A DNA stretch of 64,000 bases from Octopus vulgaris (GCA_951406725.2 OX597833.1:36022001-36086000); one strand, 5' to 3'. Counted from the stretch's first letter, positions 28,307-43,394 are shown. A program made the numbers and translations. Notes: a model not told the origin generated them from the letters alone.

Positions 28307-29075
28307 GGGAGAGAGAAAAAGAGAGAGTGAGATGTAAAATATCATATTAAACATCCCTGATTTTCTGAAATTATTTTCCCTTGAAATGAACCTTCCTTCG
28401 GTTGAGAGCGAATAATATAAATTTTGTCCTATTGTGTGAGTCTATCTATCTATGTTTCTATCTAATAATCTATCCATCTATCTGTCTATTTGCATATTTT
28501 TCTGTTTACCTATCTATCTACAATAGGACAAATTTATATTATTTGATCTCAACCGAAGCAAATGTAATGTGGTAATTGCGATCAACTCCATATGGGAAGA
28601 GCGATATTCTCAAGAATCTTGAATTCTCTGCGATTGGCAATAGTAGTAAGAATCAGGCAGTTTGAATATTGGGAGATAAAACGGAAGATGTGGACATGGC
28701 TTTCTACTGCCGTGGGCGTCACCATATAACTTATATTTTAAAATATATGAAAAAGAAAACATTTATGATCTAACCTAATTTACATAGCTAAATGAAGAAC
28801 AATTGAGAAAAAAAATTTAGTGTGAGTATTCATGTGAATATGGGCAATAAAGTCGAATGAAAGTATATCAGATAGCATACAAGAATAATTCTCTATTTAT
28901 TGAAATAAACTTCTATTCGAAAGAGAAATAAACTGATGTCTTGTGGCATTTGTGTTGAACAATAAATAAAAAGGGGAGATAATCTATAGGCACAATAATT
29001 TTCTCTGTAACTGACATGCTAATACGAAAAAGACCCATATCTGAAGACAAGGAGACACATGAGGAAACATGGACA

Positions 29076-29123
<48 letters not shown>

Positions 29124-29177
29124 TGTGCGCGCGCGTGTGTGCGATCGCGTGTATGCGCGTGCATGTTTATGTATGTA

Positions 29178-29580
29178 TGCAGGAGTGGCTGTGTAGTAAG
29201 AATCTTGCTTCTCGGCCACATGGTTCCGGGTTCAGTCCCACTGCTCAGCATCTTGGGCAAGTGTCTTCTGCTATAGCCCCGGGCCGACCAATGCCTTGTG
29301 AGTGGATTTGGTAGACGGAAACTGAAAGAAGCCTGTCGTATATATGTATATATGTATGTGTGTGTATATGTTTGTGTGTCTGTGTTTGTTCCCCTAGCAT
29401 TGCTTGACAATCGATGCTGGTGTGTTTACGTCCCCGTAAGTTAGCGGTTCGGCAAAAGAGACCGATAGAATAAGTGCTGGGCTTACAAAGAATAAGCCCC
29501 GGGATCGATTTGCTCGACTAAAGGCGGTGCTCCAGCATGGCCGCAGTCAAATGACTGAAACAAGTAAAAGAGTAAAGAGT
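29178..29580 (+). mobile_element. SINE family A, full length
   Basis: GCAGGAGTGGCTGTGTAGTAAG to GAAACAAGTAAAAGAGTAAAGAGT. Confidence 0.92.
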
Positions 29581-29614
29581 ATATATGCGTGTGTGTGTGT
29601 GTGTGTGTGTGTAT

Positions 29615-29985
29615 AGAGGTAGGCGTGTCTGTGTGGTACGACGTTCGCTGCTACTTAGCCACATGGTTCCGGGTTCAATCCTAAAGGGTGACACCTTGAA
29701 GAAGTGTCTTCCTCTCTAGTATCGGGCCAACCTAAGTCCGTCATCAATATATTTGTGTGCGTGCACGTGCATGTGCTTGTGTGTGCGAGAGTCTGTGTTT
29801 GTCCCCCATCGCTTGACAACTGGTGTTGGTGTGTTTACGTCCCCATAATCTACCAATCCGGCAAAAGGAACCGATACAATAGGTACCACGCTTAAAAGTA
29901 AGCATTGCGGTCGATTCATTCGACTAAGATTCTTCAAGGCAGTGCCCCAGCACGGCCGCAATCTAATGAGTAACACAAGTAAGAG
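29615..29985 (+). mobile_element. SINE family A, older copy
   Basis: CACATGGTTCCGGGTTCAATCC ... GCTTGACAACTGGTGTTGGTGTGTTTACGTCCCC ... CCAGCACGGCCGCA. Confidence 0.8.
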
Positions 29986-30471
29986 ATACATATATGTACA
30001 CACATACAAGCTTACATATATATTGGACGATACACAATTTCGTAGACTAAAAGTTATTCGTTACTTTCAATTTAGCCTTCCTCGACTATGTATATAGCAC
30101 TCTTCTATGTATATAGAAAATCTGCACTTACGCACAGAAGCTCGTATTAGTGGAGGATGGTACTCGTGGGGTAACATGAAGGGGTGTCTCACAACAACCT
30201 TGTACTTGGTTCGAACATAGCGCGCGACACTTTGTGAATTGTATTCTAATTAAGAATCAGCTCGAAAATTAAGTTCAGAGAGAAATCTGGAAAACATCAA
30301 CTGCAACAAATCCTTTATATTTATATAAGTCTATAACGGTCTATATATTTCTATTTATAGATATATATAGATCGCGTGTGCCCCTATACGTCTACGCCAG
30401 TCTAAAAATAGGCCTTGTTTTACTATCTTTTATAACACATAACCTAGGGTTTCGATGACTAGATTGGAACA

Positions 30472-30570
<99 letters not shown>

Positions 30571-30977
30571 GGTCTGTCTATCGTTCTGTCCGTCTAGCTA
30601 TCCACCCAGCTATCTATCTATCTTTCTTTCTTTCTATCTAATTATCTATCTATCGTTCTATCTAATTATCTATCTATATCTATCTATCCAGCTATCTTTC
30701 TATCTAACTGTCTGTCTATCTATTTACATATTTTTCTGTCTACCGATGTAAACTATTTCTCTGTCTATCTATTTATTTATCTATCTATTTACCTATCTAT
30801 CTACCTATCTAAATACACACACACATGCATATACATTTATAATACGTATGATAAATATGCTTCTTTGTGTATATACGCATATATGTATACCTATTATATC
30901 CACATAAATCTAAATATAATTTAGATTTATCTGTCTAAATTAGACAGGCAGATAGACACAGGATAGACAGACAGATG

Positions 30978-31096
<119 letters not shown>

Positions 31097-31543
31097 CAGA
31101 AGGAAATATGTCAATCGCAAAGTTTAGTAGTTGTGGACTACAGAACTCTTGAATGCGAAAGTCGTATCGTTTCAGAAGACCAATAAATGAAACTAGTAAA
31201 CGAATTAGAATAATAAAAGTGTACATAAAGCTATTTTTATGACAGTGTAAGCGGCTGTGGGTTGGTAAGTATATGTATATGTGTGTGGGTGTGTTTGTTG
31301 TCTAGTACAGAAGTGTACTACTTTAGAGAAAAAAAACTTTGACAGATCCAGACACCTAGAAAAGCCAGACATGACGTCACCACGGTTAAAATTAGCAAAT
31401 GTAATTTTAAAATGTTTCTATCGCAGTTACTTACCCTTGATAAATACCGCTTTTCGTTGGTTGACTGGATATTTTGTCGGAGGATATAACTGGGAATAAG
31501 GTTAGGCAGACATGCACGATTACAGTCATGTATAAATATATGC

Positions 31544-31578
<35 letters not shown>

Positions 31579-31598
31579 TGTATATGTATATGTATAAA

Positions 31599-31694
<96 letters not shown>

Positions 31695-31810
31695 AGTATA
31701 TACCCATGTGTGTGTCTGTGAGTTAATAAATATATAGAGATATAAATGCGTGTGTGTGTATATGTATATACATATATATATATGTATATATATGTATATA
31801 TATGTACATG

Positions 31811-31852
<42 letters not shown>

Positions 31853-31866
31853 TATGTATATGTATG

Positions 31867-31907
<41 letters not shown>

Positions 31908-32180
31908 GTATATGTATATATAAGAAGTGAGCCGTATACTTTTCTTGGCTACTTGCTCACTGTTTGAGCTACAAAAATCGAGACTACTTTTCACAAATGC
32001 TTACAACACAATTAATACTAATAATTGTGTAAGTATGCGACAATATGCATTGTGTGTGTGTATGTATACATATATATGTGTATGTATGTATCGTATGTAC
32101 ATACATATATATTTGTATGTATATCAATATATATACAATACATATATATATATACATATACATGTATATATGTATGTATG

Positions 32181-32214
<34 letters not shown>

Positions 32215-32288
32215 TATATATACACACATAATACATACGTACATACATAGACAGACAGACAGAGAGACATACAGACAGAAAGACAAAC

Positions 32289-32381
<93 letters not shown>

Positions 32382-32640
32382 CGCACGCAGATATATCTAA
32401 ATTTATTATATTCACAGACATATCCAAATGTATATACCGTTTTATCCATGTGGACACTTCTTAGTACGATGCGCAAATGGGATAAACCATTAAAAAAATG
32501 AACAAAATTTATCTATTAAATTCTAGATGAAATATTCAAATGCAATAAATGACATTTTGTTTCTATTGGTACATCTTATAAAAAACGAAAATTGTGCTAA
32601 TTTACCATGTACGTGTTTGTGTGTTTATTTATTCATATAT

Positions 32641-32995
32641 ATAGTTGTATTTCGGGACGGTCGTCTTTTTTTTTCTTTTTTGCCAAATGGACACACTCTC
32701 TATATATTTGTTCTTATTCTAACTCATGTACGTTGTCCGGAAATCTTTAGTCACAGATCTGCTCAGTAACACTTTCCGTCTTCCATTCTCTGAGAATGGA
32801 ATAAGCGGAACAAGAGCACACACGAAGGCGGAGAGTGTTGCTGAGGAGGTCGCAAATGTGTGACGAAGGATTTCCGGACAATTGACATGAGTTAGAATAA
32901 GAAGAGTAATAAATGAGTGAAGAACAAGTATATAGTGCGTGTGATTTTTTATTTGCCAAAAAATAATAAGCCACCATCCCGAAATACAACAATAT
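32641..32995. repeat. inverted repeat, probable Penelope pLTR pair with decayed hammerhead core
   Basis: TTCTTATTCTAACTCATGT..TTGTCCGGAAATC pairs with GATTTCCGGACAA..ACATGAGTTAGAATAAGAA. Core-like CTGAGGA-G-GTCGCA(AATG)TGTGAC-GAAG starts at 32841. Confidence 0.7.
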
Positions 32996-33048
32996 CTGTT
33001 TCAACGCACGACTTCACATCAGGAATCCTGCAACAAAATTCATAAACG

Positions 33049-33102
<54 letters not shown>

Positions 33103-33270
33103 CCCAAAAAGTTAGAGGTTGTGTATCCAACCAACTAAGGGATAATATCTACCTAATATACTGCTTGTAGAATACCCAATTATTAATACACAAGTGTTTT
33201 TTATTGCATTGTAATTACATTACCGAGTGTACTAAATGGGTGAAGGAAGAGAGATATTTTACCATTAACT

Positions 33271-33690
33271 TATAGAGTAATAAGAAAATGGAGGGGATCA
33301 ATATGTGGTTCATCAACTTCTGGACATTATATTATGTCAATTTATTTATTTAGCTACTAAAATGACAATTGCAAGAATGTACATACATGTATAACATATT
33401 ATGTTTTACATATATGATATAAAATATATTAATATATAAAGATACCAGTAATTATCACAATATAACATACAGGAACATAAATTGGGAAATTTTCCAATTT
33501 ATATTCCTGTATGTTATATTTTAATAATTACTGGTATCTTTATATATTTCATATGTAAAGTATATGTTATACATGTATGTATATTCTTGTAATTGTCATT
33601 TTAGTAACTAAATAAATAGACTGACATAATATAAAGTCTAAAAGTTGATGAACCACCTATTGATCCCCTCCATTTTCTTATTGCTTTATA
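33271..33690. repeat. about 200-bp-arm fold-back (near-palindrome) centred at about 33490
   Basis: TAAGAAAATGGAGGGGATCAATA...TACAGGAACATAAATTGGGAAA|TTTTCCAATTTATATTCCTGTA...TATTGATCCCCTCCATTTTCTTA. Confidence 0.9.
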
Positions 33691-33692
33691 TA

Positions 33693-33771
<79 letters not shown>

Positions 33772-34514
33772 ATAGCTATATTTATAGATATTGTAATATA
33801 TAGTAATATAATTCATGTATTTAATATATAACATATTCTTCATATTTATAAGTGTGTGGGAGGAGGAGACAGACAGACAGACAGATGGAGACAGTGATGG
33901 AGAGTGAACGTGAGACAGAGAGCGAGATAGAAAGAGAGGGAGAGAGAGAGAAACAGTGAGAGAAATGGGTAAATATCTAAAAGGAAGTCAGAATAGAGTA
34001 AAAGGATATTGTACATCTCACAGCAAACAACAATGTTTCTTAATAAATAGAAGAATAACTACAAGCATGATAATGATGTTATAGGGACTTGTAATATTCC
34101 TATGACGTACATAAAAATTTTATATCATAAATAAACATCAGTTAATTGTTATACGACATTTGACACGAGGTTTAACATGTATGTTGTTATTCTTTTGTTT
34201 GTTTTCCTTTTTTCATAGTTATAAAATCTTATCATTAATTAAATTGATAACTGTTATGTACTAGATCATTAGTTCATTACAGAAACGTATAAATTTAAAG
34301 CGAATTAGAGAAAGTAGGGGATAGAAAATCTGCATATTGATTGGTTGACTCCGTTTACATGTCTTATTTGCAATATTTAGAAAGCTTTTAGAAGGATATT
34401 AGACGTCTGTCGTGTTACGTATATGTGTTGAACGTCAAAGATTCGTTCCAAAATAGATGGTTAATCCAAGTAGCCAGTCCTCATTAAAGCAAAATAATCC
34501 ATGTATACACACAC

Positions 34515-34545
<31 letters not shown>

Positions 34546-34598
34546 GAAAGAGAGAGAGAGCGAGAGAGAGAGAGAGAGATGCATACATAGATACGTAC

Positions 34599-34646
<48 letters not shown>

Positions 34647-34816
34647 GGATATATAGACACACACACAAATACACACATATATATGTTGTAAATACACATA
34701 ACTATATGTATAGATACATGTATATAGTACGTATACATACATCTATATATATGTACGTATAAATATATACGTATACATACATCTATATATATGTACGTAT
34801 AAATATATACATATAC

Positions 34817-34860
<44 letters not shown>

Positions 34861-35445
34861 TGTATGCATGTGTGTGTTTGTGTGGGTATATTGTGTGTGT
34901 TAGTGCATGCGTGTTTATATATAAATGTATGTATTAGTGTCTGTGCATCTGTGTATAATATTCCTGTGTGCGTGAATGTGTGTCTGCGTGTATATGTCTG
35001 TGTAAACCAGCCAAGATTACTGAAATTCTCTCTTCCTATGCGAAAGATATAAAGATTAACTTTACAAAGCAAAGAGCCAACAGGTTTCTAAAATGGAACC
35101 TGACAATCCAAGTGTTGCTAATTCAATTAAGTGGTGACATGATAAAACTATGCAAGACTTTCTAAATTCTCATTGTTCTCAAATGTAATTTCATCGTCAC
35201 TTGTACATATCTGCGTGCCTGTGTCTGTGTCTCTGTGTGTATGCACACATACATACACATGTGTGTATATGTAAACATATTATATAAACATGTACATTCT
35301 ATGTACATATACGCAGATATATATATATATATATATATGCATATATACATACACACACATATGCGTATGCTTATGTACATACACACACACTTATATGTAT
35401 GTATATATGTATATATACATATATGTATGCATGCATACATATATA

Positions 35446-35662
35446 GGGCCCTGATATATGTAACAAACTGCCTAAATACCAATCTTGAGGCTTCTGAAAA
35501 CCAGAAAGGAGAAAGCTAATTCGAAGACTACAGATCAAATCCATCACTGGAACTGTAGAAAAATTTATAAAACTTTCAAGAAGTTTATCATTTAAATATA
35601 TGATCAGGACTAGATAGGCAACTATATGCATGAGAATACATACATAAAACATACAAATATGC
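35446..35662 (+). mobile_element. 3' tip of R4/Dong-like family 1 next to (CATA)n
   Basis: Matches 42890-43110 (LIRRLQIKSITGTV and the UTR ATTTAAATA...TATATGCATGAGA.TACATACATAAAAC). About 310 bp of CATA follows. Confidence 0.82.
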
Positions 35663-35970
35663 ACATACATACATACATACATACATACATACATACATAC
35701 ATACATACATACATACATTCATACATACATTCATACATACATACATACATACATACATACATACATACATACATACATACATACATACATACATACATAC
35801 ATACATACATACATACATACATACATACATACATACATACATACATACATACAAACATACATACATACATACATACATACATACATGCATATATACATAC
35901 ATACATACATACATACATACATACATACATACATACATACATACATACATACATACATACATACATACAT

Positions 35971-37226
35971 GCGAAGGTTGAATTAAATATCCGCAACGTG
36001 GACAAAACTTTTCATTAACCTACATAAGTCATTCAAATTGCACATGTTAGTAAGTGTAACTTTTCTTTTATACAATTACACAGTTCAGCATAATGTCTCC
36101 ATTACCTGCGATGCATTTCCTGGTAGCGGAATCTATGTTCTTTCAAAACATTCAGGTGTGCGCTGTTGTGCTTTCAAGCGATTTTCATTTCATCTGTATC
36201 ATGAAATAGTTTACCCGATGACTGGTCTTCATTGAGCTGAACTGGTAGGAGTCAGAAGGCTGTATGGTGGAATGGTGGACGGATGCTACTGACTAGGCCA
36301 ATTTGCCGCGCGGTCACTTAATGTCATGGTAGATATGGATTCGTCTCAGATTCTCACTTGGACTCTGCAGCCACTTTCCAGAAATATTTCCGATTAACAC
36401 CTTTGTTACCCACCGCCATCCTGCAATAGTCATCATGACTTTCTGTGCCGATCGCTAGCTCTTGAAACGTTCAGGATTCGCAGAAATGTGACGCTGATGC
36501 AGATAGAACATTGATATGCGGATCGTAGAGACATGAATCTATTTTGGGACCGCAACTAAACCACCAGCGATGGAGAGAGCACTGGTGGACCTGGTCGGCA
36601 CGCTGATGCCTCTCGGACCACTAACCAGGGATGACCCCGGCTCCATGCGGTAAGAGCATGAAGTAAACAAGCAAGCGCTAGATTGGAAAAAGAAAACGTT
36701 GGTTCCAAACGCTTCCAGCAGAGCAGAGAACACTTGGAATTGGGTGTCAAATGCCGAGAAACCTACTTTGCACACACACTTTCCCATGACCAAAATCTTC
36801 CCCATCTTTTCAAATATGACAGTCCAGTTGTGCAACAACCTCGCGGGTTGTGACTCATTTTATACAATCCTTTGCGAACTGCACTAGTTGTTGCTATTGA
36901 CGGTCTTCCATTGCGTGGTGTGTCTTCAACAGTTTCCACTTCTTTAGACCTCTTCATCTATCTACGTACGTCTATCTCTTATCAATGGTGTCATCTCTGT
37001 ATACAATTTGTGACCTTCTGTGCATATCGGGAAGCCTGTATCCCGCCTTCGTCAATATGTCAATGATGGCACGTTACTTCTACTTAGAGCCCATTGTTTG
37101 TCTGCAATTGAGAAGAACAGAAAGAAGAAATGCTATGTAGGGAGGAAAGATCTACCAACATTTGTAACCTGAATGTCTTATGTCAGTTGATAAAATAAAG
37201 TTATGCTCACTTTTACATCACTTTCG
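35971..37226 (-). mobile_element. mariner element remnant, near full length, decayed
   Basis: Peptide KRSKEVETVEDTPRNGRPS. TIR-like ends CGAAGGTTGAATTAAA and TTTTACATCACTTTCG|TA, spanning about 1.25 kb. Confidence 0.7.
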
Positions 37227-37255
37227 TAACAATCTTCTTATATACATACGTGACC

Positions 37256-37398
<143 letters not shown>

Positions 37399-37892
37399 CA
37401 GATAGATAGAGTAACAAAATGGTGAAGAATTGAAAACATTTGTGCCGATAACAACTATAAATAGATTCATAAATAAAACATTTTATGCAAACTTAGGTAG
37501 ACATACACTAGGATACACATCCAGACACGTATATGTCTGCATCTTTGCCTGTCTGCGTGGACGTGTGTGTGTATATGTGCGTATATGTACATGTTTGTGT
37601 ATATATATATATATATGTCTGTCTCTCTCTCTTTCTGTGTATATACATTTAGAGAGAGAGAGAGAGGGATGAGAGAGACGAAAGAGAGACAAACAAGCAG
37701 GCAGACAGACAGAGACAGACAGACGGATAGAGGGTGGGAGAGTGGAGAGATTAATAGCTAGGTACGTACGCATACTCATATATGTCTATGCATAAATATA
37801 AATGTATAGCATACGTACATATACATAATATATGCACTTATATATATACATATGTATATATGAATGCATATATACCATATATACATACATAC

Positions 37893-37949
<57 letters not shown>

Positions 37950-38520
37950 GGATGTATGTATGTATGTATGTATGTACGTATGTATATATACATGCATAAC
38001 ATACATGTTTGTAATTAGTTGTATATGTACGTATGTACGATTGTATGCATAACATCAGGTGATGTGGTAAATTATCTGATCATTGTGCGTTATCAGATTC
38101 TGCTTTCTTCGTAATTAACATTTATCTTTGTTTTCTTTTTATTTATATGTATATTTGATTTTTATTTTGCATTTTATATATTTTATTTTCGTATCCTTCT
38201 GACATCCTTTTACTAACGGCGCAACTATTTCCCGCCGCTTTTACCACGATTGCGAAAACACCAAATAAACGTTACTAATAACATTAACAACACCAGCCCT
38301 GAAATATTATCGCCATCCAGCACCACCGCGATCATCACGTCCGCCATCAACAATAACTGCATCATCATCTGAATAATGCCTACTCACTTCTGTATTGTTG
38401 CCGCCATAATAACTAAAGACTTTAAATTTATACTTCTGCAAAGAGTAATGTACAGACATACAGAAAGAAAAAGAATTATATACCGACACACACTCACTCA
38501 TTCACACATGCACAACGATG

Positions 38521-38560
<40 letters not shown>

Positions 38561-38737
38561 CACACACATACACACACAAACACACACTCATAGACACAGA
38601 CGTGAATTCATACACACGCGCGCGCAAAAGCTATCTCAGTCCAACGCACGCAATAATACATACCTTTAAAAACGTACATAACGCACGTCTGATTTTACGA
38701 AAATAAACGTCGCTTGCCCTGAAATAGTTATTAACGT

Positions 38738-38784
38738 CATAACTGTATATAAATACAGATATATATATAACTGCATATAAATAC

Positions 38785-38834
<50 letters not shown>

Positions 38835-38885
38835 CTGTGTTTAAATACAGATATATAAATATATAACTGTATATAAATACAGATA
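38738..38885. repeat. minisatellite of AACTGTATATAAATACAGAT(AT)n units, 4 copies
   Basis: Each unit contains a CTGTAT..ATACAG hairpin and units are separated by variable (AT)n. Confidence 0.8.
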
Positions 38886-39450
38886 TATATATATATGTAG
38901 GTGTTTCTGTGTAATGCTATGTATATATGAATGCGTCTGGGAGGAGGCCTATATGTGAAACTGTGATTGTGATTTACAATCGTAATTTTATATATCTATA
39001 TTTAATACAGGAACATGCATACACACTTACACTCACACATACACGCATATATATTGTACCTATAAGAATGAGTATATGTACGTATGTGTGTGTGTATGTG
39101 TGTATGCGTGTGTGCATGTATGCATGTATTTATATGTCTGTATGGACATGTGTACAAACGTATATACATGTATATACGTTTCTATATATATGTATGCATG
39201 TATACATATACATATATATGTATGTATGTGTGTTTGTGTATGTGTGAGTGTGCGTGTATTTGTGCGTGTGTATTTGTGTGCATGTACGCATATATGTATG
39301 TGTTTGTATCCACACATACGTACATACATACATGTGTATATGCTTCTATATATGTATGCATGTATATATATATGTATACATACATATATATATGTATTAT
39401 ATATATATATATATATATATATACATACATATAAATATATGCATATATAC

Positions 39451-39519
<69 letters not shown>

Positions 39520-39741
39520 TATATAGAATCGCGTGTTAGGAGTTTGTGTTGGTGAACGTTGGCTATCTTCAATATCCAAAGAGATACTATTACCTACAGA
39601 CATACGCCCTAAAAGTGACTGATCTAATGCTCGTACACTATACCCTAATCGCCTTACTATACCCCTGTCTAAGGAAAAGTCTGCTTATTCGGTTCACGCC
39701 CTAAATATCTTTTGTAGCTCTGCTCTACAATATACAAGCGA

Positions 39742-39772
<31 letters not shown>

Positions 39773-39832
39773 CATACATACATACATACATACATACATA
39801 CATGCATGCATACATACATACATGTATGCATA

Positions 39833-40055
39833 CCCATCTCGAGCAAAGTATGGCTGAACTCGGGATTTTGGAGAGAGACTGCAAATCCTTAATTCATTAA
39901 CTACAAATGACCACGATATCTGGAACTATAAAAACCAGCAAAACTTTCTTCAGATTTAAAGGAGGATGGTTAAAACAAGATTCTTTCCTTTACAACCTTG
40001 CTACCAAGTCGGGTGCCGGTCAAAATTTACTTTACAATTGAAAAGAGAAAGAGAA
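39833..40055 (+). mobile_element. 3' tip of R4/Dong-like family 2 within CATA repeats
   Basis: LIH*LQMTTISGTIKTSKTFFRFK. The UTR CCTTGCTACCAAGT.GG.GCCGGTCAAA is shared with 41640-41675. Confidence 0.72.
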
Positions 40056-40459
40056 GCACATACGAACACGCATACGTATACACACATAAATACATGCAGG
40101 CATATATACATGTATTCGTACATACATGCATGCATGCATACATACATAAATACGTGAAAACATGCATTCATACAGACATACATGCATACATGCATACATA
40201 TGTGAGTGCATGCATAAATACGTGCTTGCATATACATATACATGCATACACACACATACACACATACATACACATACATACATACATACATACATACATA
40301 CATACATACATACATAATACATACATACATACATGCATGCATACATACATACATACATACATACAAACATACATAGATACATACATACATACATATATAC
40401 ATACATACATACATATATACGTACATATATACATACATACATATATACATGCATACATG

Positions 40460-41185
40460 CACTCTTTGTCTGATAACCTAGAATACATGCCCAAAGAAGT
40501 CGCAGGGCTCTACCGCAACATATCATCAGATGAAAGGATGAGCCTATATGAGCAGAAGATTATGCATGGATATGTTAGTAGAAAGCTCCGAGGTGATGGT
40601 AATATTGATCCTCAAAGCAATGTATCATGGACCAATAACCGGATTACTACCTCCTACTTTGAAGGGTATGCGTTTGCATCCAGGAACAAGAAATATCAAC
40701 TAAATACCTGATGTACAAAATGGGTAAAGATGCAGGAAAAGTGGTGAAGTGTGACAATCGATGCCGACTTTGTGGAGTTAACACTGAAGATATCACCCCC
40801 CATCATAAGCAGTTGTCTGAAAATTTCATCACGATATTATCTACCGATGAGATATGATGTTGTAGGAAACTCTATAATGAAATTCGTCGGAAGGATTACT
40901 CTAGAAGACAAAGAAATAAGAACCCACAGAATGGTAGAAGTCATAACCACTCAATAAAAAGGACCACTGGTAGAATGTCCCAATATAATGTGAGCACAAT
41001 AGACCTAATATAATGATTTGGGATAGAGAAGAGAAAATGTACAGTTGTGGAAATTAGCTGCCTAGCGGATGTTTACATAATCGGTGAAAAAGAGAATATC
41101 TACGCAGAACTATTGAGAAATCTGCTGCTTACTCTATCCAGATTTCAAGTTCAGGTTTATACCTATAATTATTGGTGCCCTGCCT
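40460..41185 (+). mobile_element. R4/Dong-like family 1 fragment (CCHC plus RLE), frameshifted
   Basis: MHGY...FEGYAFA/QEQEISTKY...CRLCGVNTEDI..IISSC...RYDVV...HNRPNIMIWDREEK...IPIIIGAL. Confidence 0.88.
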
Positions 41186-41189
41186 AAAT

Positions 41190-41700
41190 AAAACCAAGAT
41201 TGAACGTATCACACCACTTTATGGCCAAATGTGAAAGAACGTGTTCCAGGTATTATGTTTCCATAAGGCATACTGTGGTGACTAAAACGGTCTGGAACAA
41301 GATAAGAAGAATGAGAAATACCTACAAACGTAGTTGAACATATTCAAAAGAATACTAATGGAACTTGTAAATTAAAAGTCAAAAGAGTTAAAGCACAACC
41401 AGCCAGATATTGTTGTAGGGAACTACAATGAAAAGATATGTTCTGTTGTGGAAATCAGCTGCCCACCGGTCACCAATGTGGCTTGAAAAATACGAGACAA
41501 AGTGAACATCCATGGAATGTTGATAAAAGATTTGAAAATCCTTAATTCATTCACTACAAACTATCACTATATCGGGACTACAAAACCTGTGAAACCTTGA
41601 GATTTAAAGGATAATCAACAAAACAATGTGCTTTCCCTCATAACCCTGCTACTAAGTAGGTGGCCGGTCAAAGTTTAATCTAAATTTTTAAAAAAGAGAA
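41190..41700 (+). mobile_element. R4/Dong-like family 2 fragment (RLE plus 3' UTR)
   Basis: VKHNQPDIVV...KICSVVEISCP. The 3' end is homologous to 39885-40050. Confidence 0.75.
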
Positions 41701-41834
41701 CATATATACATAGATAGATAGATAGATAGATAGATACATACATACATACATACATACATACATGCAAACATACATACATACTTACATACATACATACTTA
41801 CATACATATATACATACATACATACGTACATACA

Positions 41835-43112
41835 TAGTCTGTTTTCAGTGCCAGTACTCATACCAAGATTTGAGCTGCTTGATGAGACGCTTGTTGAGAT
41901 CCAATATATTCATGGGAAAACCCAGAAGAACTAACCAGCACACATAATTTTCACATCAATAGTAATGTCAACCGCCTCTGCCTAAAAGGAAAAGAAGGTG
42001 GCAACGGCTTAACATCGATCCAGACTGCCATTAGCTGCCGTATCATGTCCCCTCGGCAGCATCTATTAACCACTAAGTGACGAAGTGCATCATTTGACCA
42101 AGTTTGCATACATGAAGCTGATAGCAATATGAGACCTGGAAAGCAGCTCTTTGAGTAGCATTCCTTAAATACATGTCCAAAGAAGTCGTACAACTCTACC
42201 GCAATGTATTATCAGATGAAAGGATGAGCGTATATCAGCAGAAGAACATGCATGGATATGTTAGTCTAAATCTCTGGGATGAAAGTATTTTGATCACTAA
42301 AGCAATCTATCATGGATCAACAACCAGATTACTACAATCTACTCCGAAGGATATGCGCTTGAAATCCAGGAAAAGAAAATATCTACCAAATGCCTGATGC
42401 ACAAAAGGGATACAGGTGCAGGAAAAGCAATAAAATGTGACAACCGATGCAGACTTTGTGGAATTAACACCGAAGATATCACCCACATCATATGCAGTTG
42501 CCCAAAAATGACATCACGGTATTATCTACCGATGAGACATGATGTTGAAGCTAGGACATTGTATAATGACATCCGTCGAATGGATAACCCCGAAGACAAA
42601 GAAATAAGAACTCACAGTATGGTAGAAGCCATAACCACTCATGATAAAAAGGAATACTGTTGGAATGTCCCAGTGAAGACCTCAATAAAATGTGAACACA
42701 ACACACCTGATATAATGATTTGGGATAGAGAGGAGAAATTGTGTCGTGGAAATCATCTGCCCAGCGGATGCTAACATGAAGCTAAAGATCAGCAAAAAAG
42801 CGAATACCTACGCAGAACAATTGAGAAATCTGCAGTAATTCTATTCAGATTACAAGCTCAGGTTTATACCTGTAATTACTGGAGCACTGAGATATGTAAC
42901 ACACTGCCTAAATACCTATCTTGAGAAATTAGGCTTCTCTAAGTCAGAAAGGAGAAAGCTGATTGGAAGACTACTGATTCAAGCCATCACTGGAACTGTA
43001 AAAATCTGTAAAACTTACCGGAAGTTTATCATTTAAATATACATGAGCATGTCTAGACATGCAATTATATGCATGAGAGTACATACATAAAACAGAAAAT
43101 ACAAATCTGAAC
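41835..43112 (+). mobile_element. R4/Dong-like family 1, 5'-truncated, flanked by (CATA)n
   Basis: HINSNVNRLCLKGKEGGNGLTSI (RLYxxRxEGGRGL motif), CRLCGINTEDITHIICSC zinc knuckle, RHD, PDIMIWDREEK and PVITGAL. Confidence 0.9.
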
Positions 43113-43159
43113 GTATACATACATACATACATACATACATACATACATACATACATACA

Positions 43160-43190
<31 letters not shown>

Positions 43191-43346
43191 GTGTGTACCT
43201 GTGTGTACGTATTTGCACATGTTACATATGTTATACATAATTCCATCTACAGAAATATAGATGAACTCATGGGCATGTACATATATCTATATATATATAT
43301 GCATGCATTATATGTATATAGGTATGTATATGTATATATAAATCTG

Positions 43347-43394
<48 letters not shown>

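Noticed and set aside
29035-29075. CTGAAGA...GAAACATGGAC hammerhead candidate
   Set aside because: No convincing stem II and no NUH triplet.
38738-38885. CRISPR-like array
   Set aside because: Eukaryotic context, spacers are (AT)n, and no cas genes are present.
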